The notes under the pieces are model-generated. The model was not told the DNA's origin. It did not search any database and saw only the letters and a program-made list of their open reading frames with translations. Source: Alkalilimnicola ehrlichii MLHE-1 (lineage in GTDB: Bacteria > Pseudomonadota > Gammaproteobacteria > Nitrococcales > Halorhodospiraceae). Taken from it: 32,000 nt of DNA. Shown piece after piece: positions 17,818-26,193 of the stretch. Positions within the stretch are counted from its first letter, which is position 1. The number at the start of each line of letters is the position of its first letter. Both the position numbers and the translations under genes were made by a program. The stretch lies in contig NC_008340.1 in assembly GCF_000014785.1 (NCBI RefSeq), positions 120,001 to 152,000 on the forward strand, read 5' to 3'.

Positions 17818-18822
17818 ATGATCTACCATTTCATCGCCAACCCGGAGATCGTCGACTTCTTCCGCGATACTGCGGGCCACGAGGCTGGCGCCTGCATTGA
17901 CTCGGAGCATCAGCGGTTTACCAACAGTGCGTGGGCATGGATCGCCCAAACGGCGGTGTTGCTGCGGGATGCCGGCCTGCCGGTCTCCATGGGGCCGGAA
18001 CTGCGCCCCGATGCCGTGAACCTGGGTCTGGCGGCCGACCTACGCCGTCTACCCCGGACCGCCGACTGCTTCCGGGTCAGCATCGATGCCGACCAACTGC
18101 GGGCGAGGTGGTCGAATGCCTTCATTGTTCAGAATAAGGCCCAAGCCGGAAGGCGGGCGTACTGGGTGCCCCACTGGCCTCAGCCTGGTCTGCTGAAGCG
18201 GGACCCTGACCGGCAGGGCTTTAAGAACGTGGTGTTTTTCGGGCTGGCAAGGAATCTGGAGCATGAGGAAGCATGGTGGCGGGAGGTTTGCGGCCAATTT
18301 GGCATGCAGTTCTCCGTGCGCCCACCCGCGCAATGGCATGATTATAGGGACGTGGATGTGGCGATCGGCGTAAGGCGATTCGGGAGAAAGAAGTTTAATA
18401 ATAAGCCGCCAACAAAGCTCTTTAACGCCTGGATCGCTGGCTGCGTTTTTATTGGTGGGGCAGACTCTGCCTACTATCAGGTGGGGTCGGCAGGGAAGGA
18501 CTATTTGATTGCTGCAAACGAACGAGCGTTCACGTATCACCTCAAGGCCCTTTCGCAAAGTCCTCAATTGGGTGATCAAATGATATTGGAGGGTGGCAGG
18601 AAAGTGAATCGGTTAGGACTCAGGGAAAGGACGTGCCATCACTGGATGGAGTTGCTTACTAGAGAGATTGGGCCTGAGTTCGAAAGGTGGTCTGAAACCT
18701 CCGAGCCATTTCGTCATCTTCAATTGAGAGCTGGCTTGGTGATGGATGGAGGGGTTCGGTTCCGTAATCGCTGTTGGCGGCGGGCGAAGGACTTTTGCAA
18801 TAGGGCTGCTTTTTGGTCATAA
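17818..18822 (+). CDS. hypothetical protein, possibly glycosyltransferase-like
   Basis: 334 aa. C-terminal block DVDVAIGVRRFG...KPPTKLFNAWIAGCVFIGGADSAY is reminiscent of a nucleotide-sugar-binding half of GT-B enzymes. GC falls along the gene. Weak call. Confidence 0.55.
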   Translation: MIYHFIANPEIVDFFRDTAGHEAGACIDSEHQRFTNSAWAWIAQTAVLLRDAGLPVSMGPELRPDAVNLGLAADLRRLPRTADCFRVSIDADQLRARWSNAFIVQNKAQAGRRAYWVPHWPQPGLLKRDPDRQGFKNVVFFGLARNLEHEEAWWREVCGQFGMQFSVRPPAQWHDYRDVDVAIGVRRFGRKKFNNKPPTKLFNAWIAGCVFIGGADSAYYQVGSAGKDYLIAANERAFTYHLKALSQSPQLGDQMILEGGRKVNRLGLRERTCHHWMELLTREIGPEFERWSETSEPFRHLQLRAGLVMDGGVRFRNRCWRRAKDFCNRAAFWS

Positions 18823-18878
18823 AACATATGAATAGCCCTAGGGCCTGGGGCTCGAGAATGATAATTCGGGGGCAGTGA

Positions 18879-19748
18879 ATGACTATCTACTACGACCATT
18901 GTAGAAGTTTCGAAGGTAATAACGCGCCTTTACTGGCATGTGTGACTCCGCTTATACACCCCGATGTGGCCCGGAGTTGGCCATCTGTTTGTGCCCGCCT
19001 CCGTGAGACTGCCGCTTCCGTCCTCTCATCTGATAGCCCAGCCACCCCCATTCGAATGTTTGTCGGTTGTAACTACGAAGCGGAGGTGTCAGACCTTCCA
19101 TCAGGTGTAAAACTTATGCGTTTGCCTCTGCCAGCACCGGACGCGTCAGTTTATGCTAGCACAGGTGATCAGGAGGCAGTGCGACTAGAGTCGGTGAGGT
19201 TGGATAAGGGGGAAAAAGTACTGGCAGCAGCCCGCGAAGCCCGTGATGAAGGCGCTGAATACATTATGTTTCTTGATGCTGATGACCTTTTAAGTAATAG
19301 AATTATAGGGTGGGTTGCCGCGCATCGTGGGGCCCCGGGTTGGGTGATCGACAAGGGTTGGTTGCACCGGCCTAATAGTCCATTTATATATCAACAAGAT
19401 AGGTTTAATAGAGTTTGTGGGAGCTGCCACATTGTGAGAACAGATCTGATACCAGGGCTATCTTCTAAAGCGGAGATGACGGAGGATGAGATAAAGAAGT
19501 ATTTCGGAAGCCACCTACATCTAGCAGACAGGCTATCTTTTGAGGGCCACCATCTAGAAAAGCTTCCTTTCCGTGGTGCTGTCTACCGAGTAGGCCATGG
19601 AAATAATATTTCACGCCGTAAACGCGCCATAGAGTTTTGGGCCCTTCGACGGCATCCTAGCCTTTTTCTCAAGAGAGTAGTAGGGTTTCGACGCCTCTCG
19701 GCTAAATTAATAGAAGAGTTTTCGGTTCCCCCTATAAGTCGGCATTAG
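18879..19748 (+). CDS. putative GT-A-fold glycosyltransferase
   Basis: 289 aa, low GC. YIMFLDADDLLS (DxD-type motif) after an N-terminal Rossmann-like region. Confidence 0.55.
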   Translation: MTIYYDHCRSFEGNNAPLLACVTPLIHPDVARSWPSVCARLRETAASVLSSDSPATPIRMFVGCNYEAEVSDLPSGVKLMRLPLPAPDASVYASTGDQEAVRLESVRLDKGEKVLAAAREARDEGAEYIMFLDADDLLSNRIIGWVAAHRGAPGWVIDKGWLHRPNSPFIYQQDRFNRVCGSCHIVRTDLIPGLSSKAEMTEDEIKKYFGSHLHLADRLSFEGHHLEKLPFRGAVYRVGHGNNISRRKRAIEFWALRRHPSLFLKRVVGFRRLSAKLIEEFSVPPISRH

Positions 19749-19752
19749 GTTT

Positions 19753-20505
19753 CTAATTGACATTATATCCATATCGCTGTGCCAGCTTTATTACTTCATC
19801 CGGGGGCGGTGTGTATGATGGCGCTCTGTGCGCATAGCCCAGTTTTTTATTAGATTTTGGCCCGGGCTCTATTAAGGTATCCGAGATGCCTAGGTGCTCG
19901 ATGACTGTTGGCCAGCAAGTGTCCAAGTCTTCTAGGCGAACTCTAAGATACGGAAGTCTGGCAGCGTTTGCATTAACTTCAATAAGCTTGTTCCACTCGG
20001 CCCAATACCACCAGAGCCTTTCGGCTTCATGCCGATAGGTCCAACAATTGGTATGGGTTTTTAAGAATGCACGATGTTGAAATACATATCTACAACGCCG
20101 GTAAAGCCTCCGAGGGCTAAATCCTAAGTCCTTGATGTAAGTGTATAGGTTTTTCCCATGGGTGGCGTGGACGAGGGGGTTACCACAAAATAATCCAATA
20201 CGACCAAAAGAAGCCACCACGTCTGCGGGATAACGAACCACATGCAAAACAGGTGTGTTGGCCGGGAGCCGGTTTAGAAAGGGGGCTGCATACCATGAAG
20301 ATTCTCCGAAGTCCCCTCGCTCTTTTGGTTTAGGGCCAAAAACAGTAAACTGCTCTTCGTGCTTGCACGCGATCCCAGCTGCGTTTAAGCGATCTGAAAT
20401 GTATTGCGTTCCGGACCGGCCGCAGCCCGTGATCAAGTATCGAATATGAATCAAACCATTGTCCTTTCTTGTCGTGGGCATAGTTGTTGTTTCTGAGCTC
20501 GGCAT
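19753..20505 (-). CDS. sulfotransferase-family protein
   Basis: 250 aa, low GC. YLITGCGRSGTQY resembles the 5'-phosphosulfate-binding loop and VVRYPADVVAS the 3'-phosphate-binding motif of PAPS sulfotransferases. Confidence 0.65.
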   Translation of the reverse strand: MPSSETTTMPTTRKDNGLIHIRYLITGCGRSGTQYISDRLNAAGIACKHEEQFTVFGPKPKERGDFGESSWYAAPFLNRLPANTPVLHVVRYPADVVASFGRIGLFCGNPLVHATHGKNLYTYIKDLGFSPRRLYRRCRYVFQHRAFLKTHTNCWTYRHEAERLWWYWAEWNKLIEVNANAARLPYLRVRLEDLDTCWPTVIEHLGISDTLIEPGPKSNKKLGYAHRAPSYTPPPDEVIKLAQRYGYNVN

Positions 20506-20579
20506 AAGGGTTGTATATTGGGTGGTGCGGTGGCTTTAGGTCTTCCCATGGCTTCCAGTGGCGATGAGCCTGTCTTCCT

Positions 20580-20618
20580 GTTGCAACTAGCGGAACAAGT
20601 AGTGTTGCTGCCAGCAAC
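20580..20618. promoter_or_regulatory. paired GTTGC/GCAAC palindromes in the divergent intergenic region (possible operator)
   Basis: GTTGCAAC (20580-20587) and GTTGCTG-c-CAGCAAC (20604-20618), inside the 325-bp AT-rich spacer between the sulfotransferase and acyl-CoA ligase genes. Confidence 0.3.
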
Positions 20619-20830
20619 CAAGTGACGGGTTCACATGGGGTTATCTCATAGAGCGTGCGTGAAATGCTGGGTTTTAAAGAAGTAAGGGTAGCTGTTCGGC
20701 CGAAGTTTGCATGTCTGGTCGGATGCCTTTGCGAAGTCTGAACTATGATTCTGTAAGTTAAGGTCCACGCTAGCCAGACTAGACGCAAACCAACCGCTAT
20801 GAGGGCGAGAAGGAGAGAGTCGGGCCACCT

Positions 20831-22432
20831 ATGGCTATACCAATTTTGCTTCACGAGACCCTGCTGAGCAGCGCGGGGCGGGCCCCTTCATCACCGGCGG
20901 TCAGCTACCGGGATTCTTCACACGACTATGACACCCTTGCCACTGCCTGCCAAAGCGTGGCCGCAGCGCTGCGCGAATGCGGCCTGCTGCGTCAGGAGCG
21001 GGTGGCCGTCTACCTCGACAAGCGACCCGAGACGGTGCAGGCCTTGTTCGGTGCGGCAATGGCCGGAGGGGTCTTCGTCCCCGTCAATCCGCTGCTGAAG
21101 GCTGACCAGGTCGCCTACATCCTGCGCGACTGCAATGTCCGTATCCTGGTGACCACCGCTGACCGGCTCAAGGCGATCCGCCAGGCGCTGGTCCAGTGCC
21201 CCGACCTGCACACCGTCCTGGTCGTGGGCCGTTCGGACACCCTCGGCGAAGAGGAGCCTCCCTACCGGGTCCACGACTGGTACGACGTGGTCTCTACAGC
21301 AGGGCCGGCTCGGCCGCATCGCGTGATCGACAGCGACATGGCCGCCATCCTCTATACCTCCGGCAGTACCGGTCAGCCCAAGGGGGTGGTGCTCTCCCAC
21401 CGCAATATGGTTGCCGGTGCCCAGAGCGTGGCCAGCTACCTGGACAACCGGCCCGAGGACCACCTGCTGGCCGCACTGCCTTTCAGCTTCGATTACGGCC
21501 TCAGCCAGCTCACGACGGCCTTCTTGACCGGTGCGCAGGTGTCGCTGCTGAACTACCTGCTGCCGCGGGATGTGATCAGAGCGGTGGAAAAGCAGGGAAT
21601 CACCGGCCTGGCGGCGGTCCCCCCATTGTGGATCCAGTTAGCACAGCTGGAGTGGCCGGACGCGGCGCGCAAGACCCTGCGCTACGTGACCAATTCCGGC
21701 GGTGCCATGCCCCTGAAGACCTTGGAGGCGCTCCGGGCGCAACTGCCCGCTACCCGCTTCTACCTGATGTACGGGCTCACCGAGGCCTTCCGCTCGACGT
21801 ACCTGCCGCCGGAGGAGGTGGACCGACGGCCCGATTCCATGGGCAAGGCCATCCCCAATGCAGAGATCAGGGTGGTGCGTGAGGACGGCTCCCCGTGCGC
21901 CCCCGGCGAGCCGGGCGAGCTGGTGCACCGGGGGGCGTTGGTGGCCATGGGCTACTGGAACGACCCGGAACGGACCGCGCAGCGCTTCCGTCCGGCGCCG
22001 GGCCAGCCGGGCGGCTTGCCGCAAAAGGAATTGGCGGTCTGGTCGGGCGATACCGTACGCATGGACGAGGAGGGGTTTCTCTACTTCATCGGTCGACGCG
22101 ATGAGATGATCAAGACCTCGGGTTATCGGGTGAGCCCGAACGAGGTGGAGGAAGCCGTCTATGGCACCGGGCTTGTCGCCGAGGCCGCCGCGCTCGGGGT
22201 GCCGCACCCGGTGCTGGGGCACGGCATCGTTTTGGTCGTGTTGCCGCGCTCCACCGGCGTGACCGCGGAGGAGCTTTTGAATGCCCTGCGGCCCCGGGTA
22301 CCGGCATTCATGTTGCCCGCTCACGTGGAGCTTCGGCAACAACCCCTGCCGCGTAACGCCAATGGCAAGATCGACCGCAAGGGGCTATCCACCGACTTCA
22401 CCGACCTGTTTCAGGAGAACGCTGCACCGTGA
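20831..22432 (+). CDS. acyl-CoA ligase (AMP-forming), exosortase-A-system-associated type
   Basis: 533 aa. ILYTSGSTGQPKGVVLSHRN, YGLTE, SGDTVRMDEEGFLYFIGRRDEMIKTSGYRVSPNEVE, NGKIDRK. Confidence 0.9.
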   Translation: MAIPILLHETLLSSAGRAPSSPAVSYRDSSHDYDTLATACQSVAAALRECGLLRQERVAVYLDKRPETVQALFGAAMAGGVFVPVNPLLKADQVAYILRDCNVRILVTTADRLKAIRQALVQCPDLHTVLVVGRSDTLGEEEPPYRVHDWYDVVSTAGPARPHRVIDSDMAAILYTSGSTGQPKGVVLSHRNMVAGAQSVASYLDNRPEDHLLAALPFSFDYGLSQLTTAFLTGAQVSLLNYLLPRDVIRAVEKQGITGLAAVPPLWIQLAQLEWPDAARKTLRYVTNSGGAMPLKTLEALRAQLPATRFYLMYGLTEAFRSTYLPPEEVDRRPDSMGKAIPNAEIRVVREDGSPCAPGEPGELVHRGALVAMGYWNDPERTAQRFRPAPGQPGGLPQKELAVWSGDTVRMDEEGFLYFIGRRDEMIKTSGYRVSPNEVEEAVYGTGLVAEAAALGVPHPVLGHGIVLVVLPRSTGVTAEELLNALRPRVPAFMLPAHVELRQQPLPRNANGKIDRKGLSTDFTDLFQENAAP

Positions 22433-23664
22433 ATGGACAACGCCCTTGCCATGCGCCCATGGACCAGTTCGAGGTTGCCGACGGCATGCTGCAGGTGGGT
22501 GGCCGCCCGCTCTCCGATCTGGTGCAGCAGGCCGGCGGTACGCCCTTCTACGCCTACGACCGTCGCCTGATGACCCGGCGTGTCGCGGCGTTGCGCCAGA
22601 CCCTGCCAGAGGGGATTGCGCTTCACTACGCGATCAAGGCCAACCCCATGCCTGCCGTGGTCCAGCATATGGCCGGCCAGGTTGACGGTCTCGATGTGGC
22701 CTCGGCGGGGGAGTTGCGGGTGGCGTTGGATGCCGGGGTGTCCGCGGCGGATATCAGCTTCGCCGGCCCCGGTAAGACGGACGATGAACTGGCCGCGGCC
22801 GTAGCCGCGGGTATCACCATCAACCTGGAGTCGGCCACCGAGCTGGAGCGGCTGGCCGCCATCGCGGAGAAGATCGGTCACCGACCCCATGTGGCGGTGC
22901 GGGTGAATCCCGACTTCGAGCTCAAGACCTCCGGGATGAAGATGAGCGGCGGGGCCAAGCCGTTCGGCGTGGATGCGGAGGCGGTGCCGGCGTTGCTCAA
23001 ACGCATTGCGGCGCTGGATGTGCATTTTCGCGGTTTTCACATCTTTTCCGGGTCACAGAATCTGCGGGCCGAGGCCCTGGTGGAGGCCCAGGGCCTGACC
23101 CTGGACCTGGCGCTCCGGCTGGCGGACGATGCGCCCGGCCCGGTGGAGATGCTGAATATCGGCGGTGGCTTTGGCATCCCCTATTTCCCGGGCGACCGCC
23201 GGCTGGATCTGGCGCCGGTCAGTGAGCAGCTTGAAGCGCGGCTCCCGGCGGTGCGGGAGCGCCTCCCGGGGGTGGAGATCATCCTGGAGCTGGGGCGTTA
23301 CCTGGTCGGCGAGGCCGGCATCTACGTGGCGAAGGTAGTGGACCGCAAGGTCTCCCGCGGCCGCACATTCCTGGTCACCAACGGGGGGTTGCATCACCAT
23401 CTGGCGGCATCCGGCAACTTCGGCCAGGTCATCCGCAAGAACTACCCGGTCGCCGTCGGCAATCGCATGGATGCCAGCGCCAGCGAGACAGTGGATGTGG
23501 TGGGGCCGTTGTGCACGCCGTTGGATATCCTCGCCCAGCAGGTGGACCTGCCGCCGGCGCAGCCCGGTGACTGGATCGTGGTGTACCAGTCCGGTGCCTA
23601 CGGTTACACCGCGAGCCCGACGCGGTTCCTGGGGCATCCGGAACCGCTGGAGTTGCTCGTTTGA
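22429..23664 (+). CDS. PLP-dependent decarboxylase (Orn/DAP/Arg decarboxylase fold), exosortase-A-system-associated type
   Basis: 411 aa. GTG overlaps the ligase stop (GTGA); alternative ATG at 22459. TPFYAYD, HYAIKANP (PLP lysine), GGGFGIPY, EPGRY-like ELGRYLVGEAG, GAYGYTAS. Confidence 0.9.
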   Translation: MNGQRPCHAPMDQFEVADGMLQVGGRPLSDLVQQAGGTPFYAYDRRLMTRRVAALRQTLPEGIALHYAIKANPMPAVVQHMAGQVDGLDVASAGELRVALDAGVSAADISFAGPGKTDDELAAAVAAGITINLESATELERLAAIAEKIGHRPHVAVRVNPDFELKTSGMKMSGGAKPFGVDAEAVPALLKRIAALDVHFRGFHIFSGSQNLRAEALVEAQGLTLDLALRLADDAPGPVEMLNIGGGFGIPYFPGDRRLDLAPVSEQLEARLPAVRERLPGVEIILELGRYLVGEAGIYVAKVVDRKVSRGRTFLVTNGGLHHHLAASGNFGQVIRKNYPVAVGNRMDASASETVDVVGPLCTPLDILAQQVDLPPAQPGDWIVVYQSGAYGYTASPTRFLGHPEPLELLV

Positions 23665-23684
23665 GTAAGGGGGCAAGCCGTCTT

Positions 23685-23694
23685 GGGGGGGGGG
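23685..23694. repeat. homopolymeric G10 tract (followed by A-G4) at the high-GC / low-GC junction
   Basis: tcttGGGGGGGGGGaGGGGc, 21 nt after the decarboxylase stop. Confidence 0.9.
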
Positions 23695-23841
23695 AGGGGC
23701 GTGTAATTAAAATAGTAATAGAGTGGATGTGGAGTACTGCCGCCTATCGAATGCCGAAGCATTCGCAGTATGCGGAGAAGTAGGCTATTTAATTTAAAGA
23801 TACGGGTTTCGTCCGTCGGCTAGCCGGCGATGCACAAAGGG

Positions 23842-23853
23842 TCTCTCGAGAGA
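23842..23853. promoter_or_regulatory. perfect 12-bp palindrome upstream of the ATP-grasp gene (possible operator)
   Basis: TCTCTCGAGAGA, about 30-50 nt upstream of the candidate starts. A second palindrome CGGCTAGCCG is nearby, and a hairpin CGAATGC-cgaa-GCATTCG lies at 23748-23765. Confidence 0.3.
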
Positions 23854-23902
23854 TCCAAAGGGCCGGTTATATGATTAATGCTTGGGTCATGAGGGTGTGT
23901 TG

Positions 23903-25096
23903 GTGAGGGATAAGACAGTCTTGATACTTGGTTGCTTTCCTAGGATTTCTGTTCCTATAGCGCAGTGCCTAAAAAATCATGGGTTTGATGTCTATGTCGG
24001 TGATATTGGCAGCAATCCACGCAATCTATACTCAAATTATATTGATGGATTATTTAAGTTTTCTTCTCCAGAAAGAAGTGGCGACTGTTTTCTTAGTGAG
24101 ATTGTTCGTTTTATTGATGAGTTTCAAGTTGATTTTGTTGTTCCTGTTAGTGATGGTGAGTTGAGTGCGCTTGCTAAATATGAAGATCAACTTCGGAGCA
24201 GAGCTGTGTTGCTGCTCCCAGAGGCCAGAAAAGTGCGCGCAGTTTTGGATAAGGCTGAAACTTTGAGGTTGGCGAAAAACCTTAGCATCCCTGCGCCCGA
24301 GACATTCTATGTGAGTGGAGAGGACGACCTTGACGTGGTCTGTGAAAATGCGTCGTTTCCAGTCGTTGTGAAGCCATCTGACAGGAGTGTGGCGACGCCA
24401 TTGAGGGCTCGCCATGCAAAAAATGAAGCAGATCTCAGGGCGATTTTATTGCCTCATATCGGGTCAAAAATAATGTGGCTTGTTCAAGAGTACTTGCCCG
24501 GTCAGGGGGTTGGTGTCGAAGTCCTTTTTTGGAATGGAGAGGCGCGCGTTATCTTTCAACATAGACGGTTAAAAGAGCTTCCTGTGACAGGAGGGGTAGC
24601 TGTGCGCTGTATCAGTGAGAAGCCTGATCAAAAAATGGTAGCATATGCACTATCTTTGCTTTCAGAAATTGGCTGGGAAGGACTTGCAATGGTTGAGTTT
24701 AGGCAGGACCCAGTGACTGGTAGGGTTGGGCTAATGGAGATAAATGGTAGGTGTTGGGGGTCAATTTCTCTTCCTATAAAATGCGGTATAGAATTTCCAT
24801 ACTATGCTGTAATTCTTGCCTCTGGCGAAGAAATAGAATTTCCAGAACGCTATCCTTTGGGTCAAAAAATGAGGTGGCTTTCTGGGGATTTGGAAAGGTC
24901 GCTACAGCTGCTTGCCCAAGTGCGCCATGGAGAAGCGACGCTAGGTTGTTTTTTTAGGGATGCGTCCATTTCCTTTTCTGACTTTTTTGGGGACACCAAA
25001 GATGCCCTGTGGTCGTGGAGAGACCCCTGCCCAGCCATGGAAGATTTGAGATTTTTTCTTAGGGGGTTGATTCGCAGGGTGGTAAAAAAGTTTTGA
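23903..25096 (+). CDS. ATP-grasp carboxylate-amine/thiol ligase-like protein
   Basis: ORF 23882-25096 (TTG). GTG 23903 lies about 8 nt after GAGGG. Very low GC. FPVVVKPSDRS, WLVQEYLPG, GLAMVEFRQD...GLMEINGRCWGS match ATP-grasp ATP/Mg-binding blocks. Confidence 0.8.
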   Translation: MRDKTVLILGCFPRISVPIAQCLKNHGFDVYVGDIGSNPRNLYSNYIDGLFKFSSPERSGDCFLSEIVRFIDEFQVDFVVPVSDGELSALAKYEDQLRSRAVLLLPEARKVRAVLDKAETLRLAKNLSIPAPETFYVSGEDDLDVVCENASFPVVVKPSDRSVATPLRARHAKNEADLRAILLPHIGSKIMWLVQEYLPGQGVGVEVLFWNGEARVIFQHRRLKELPVTGGVAVRCISEKPDQKMVAYALSLLSEIGWEGLAMVEFRQDPVTGRVGLMEINGRCWGSISLPIKCGIEFPYYAVILASGEEIEFPERYPLGQKMRWLSGDLERSLQLLAQVRHGEATLGCFFRDASISFSDFFGDTKDALWSWRDPCPAMEDLRFFLRGLIRRVVKKF

Positions 25097-25226
25097 TTAA
25101 TGTTAGGTTTTTGGTTAGTGAGTATGTCGTATATTAGTTCCTTCCTCTGCATTCGTATAGGCTTGAAAATGGCGTGGGCGCGGTGATGCGAATGTTGGCT
25201 AAAAAATATTTTGGCAGCACTGTGGA

Positions 25227-26141
25227 ATGTCAATGAGATATATTGAAAAAGGCGTAGTATTTTTATGTGATCTTGAGTCATTGGTTGGGGTTGTTAGCCA
25301 ACCTGACCAGCCTGCGGAGCTGGGTGTGATTATATTAGTAGGTGGGCCTCAGTATCGTGTAGGCGCACATAGGCAGTTTGTCCGTTTGGCCCGCTGTCTC
25401 GCCGCGAACGGTATCTCCTGCATGCGTTTCGACTACCGGGGCATGGGAGACGCCTCGGGTGCGGAGCGTGGCTATGGTCGGGTGCTGCCGGATATTGGGG
25501 CCGCGCTGGCGGCCTTTCAGGCCCAGGTGCCTCAGGTGCGGCGGGTTGTGCTCTGGGGGCTGTGTGGTGGTGCCAGCGCGGCCTGCCTGTACCGGGTGAC
25601 CGACGACCGGGTGGCAGGCCTTATCCTGGTGAACCCCTGGCTGGATGTGGAGGAGGCCCGGGCGAAGGTCCGGCTGAAGCACTACTACGCCCGCCGACTG
25701 CTCGCGGGGGATTTCTGGAAGAAGGCCCTGAGAGGCGGCCTGAGCGTCGGGGCTTCGGCAAAGGGCCTGCTGGGTACCGCCCGCGTGGCCCGTAAGGGCC
25801 ATGGCCAGCCCGCGGACGCTGTTGCGCAGACGGACGATATATACCCCGGGGACATGCTACGAGCCCTGCAGGCCGGGGGCGGGCGCAGCGCGGTATTCCT
25901 GAGTGGCCGCGACTATGTGGCCAGGACCTTCGAAGAGGCCATGGCCGGCCACCCGGCGTTTGCCGAGTTGGAACAGGCCGGGGCCGTGGAGGTGTGCCGT
26001 TTCCCATCCGCTGACCACACCTTTTCCAGCGCGGCGGCTATGCACCAGGTGGAGGAGGCGAGCCTGGAGTGGATCCAGGCTTTTCAGGGTCTGGAGCCGG
26101 AGCCGGCAACGCCGCCTGCCGCCGGCGAACAGGCCCGATGA
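25227..26141 (+). CDS. alpha/beta hydrolase, exosortase-A-system-associated hydrolase 1 type
   Basis: 304 aa. VIILVGGPQYRVGAHRQFVRLARCLAANGISCMRFDYRGMGDASG and nucleophile-elbow-like LWGLCGGA. The first ~100 nt are low GC, the rest high GC. Confidence 0.8.
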   Translation: MSMRYIEKGVVFLCDLESLVGVVSQPDQPAELGVIILVGGPQYRVGAHRQFVRLARCLAANGISCMRFDYRGMGDASGAERGYGRVLPDIGAALAAFQAQVPQVRRVVLWGLCGGASAACLYRVTDDRVAGLILVNPWLDVEEARAKVRLKHYYARRLLAGDFWKKALRGGLSVGASAKGLLGTARVARKGHGQPADAVAQTDDIYPGDMLRALQAGGGRSAVFLSGRDYVARTFEEAMAGHPAFAELEQAGAVEVCRFPSADHTFSSAAAMHQVEEASLEWIQAFQGLEPEPATPPAAGEQAR

Positions 26142-26193
26142 ACGGCCAACCTCTGCGCAGTAGACGAGCGGCCTGCCGTAATGGGTTCATCGT

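Noticed and set aside
20330-20854. 174-aa minus-strand ORF with two hydrophobic segments in the divergent spacer
   Set aside because: It overlaps the sulfotransferase gene by 176 nt in another frame and starts inside the acyl-CoA ligase gene. It has no ribosome-binding site, so it is unlikely to be real.
24862-25281. 139-aa minus-strand ORF in the AT-rich spacer after the ATP-grasp gene
   Set aside because: It overlaps the 3' end of the ATP-grasp gene and the 5' end of hydrolase 1. It has no motif, and AT-rich antisense ORFs of this size occur by chance.
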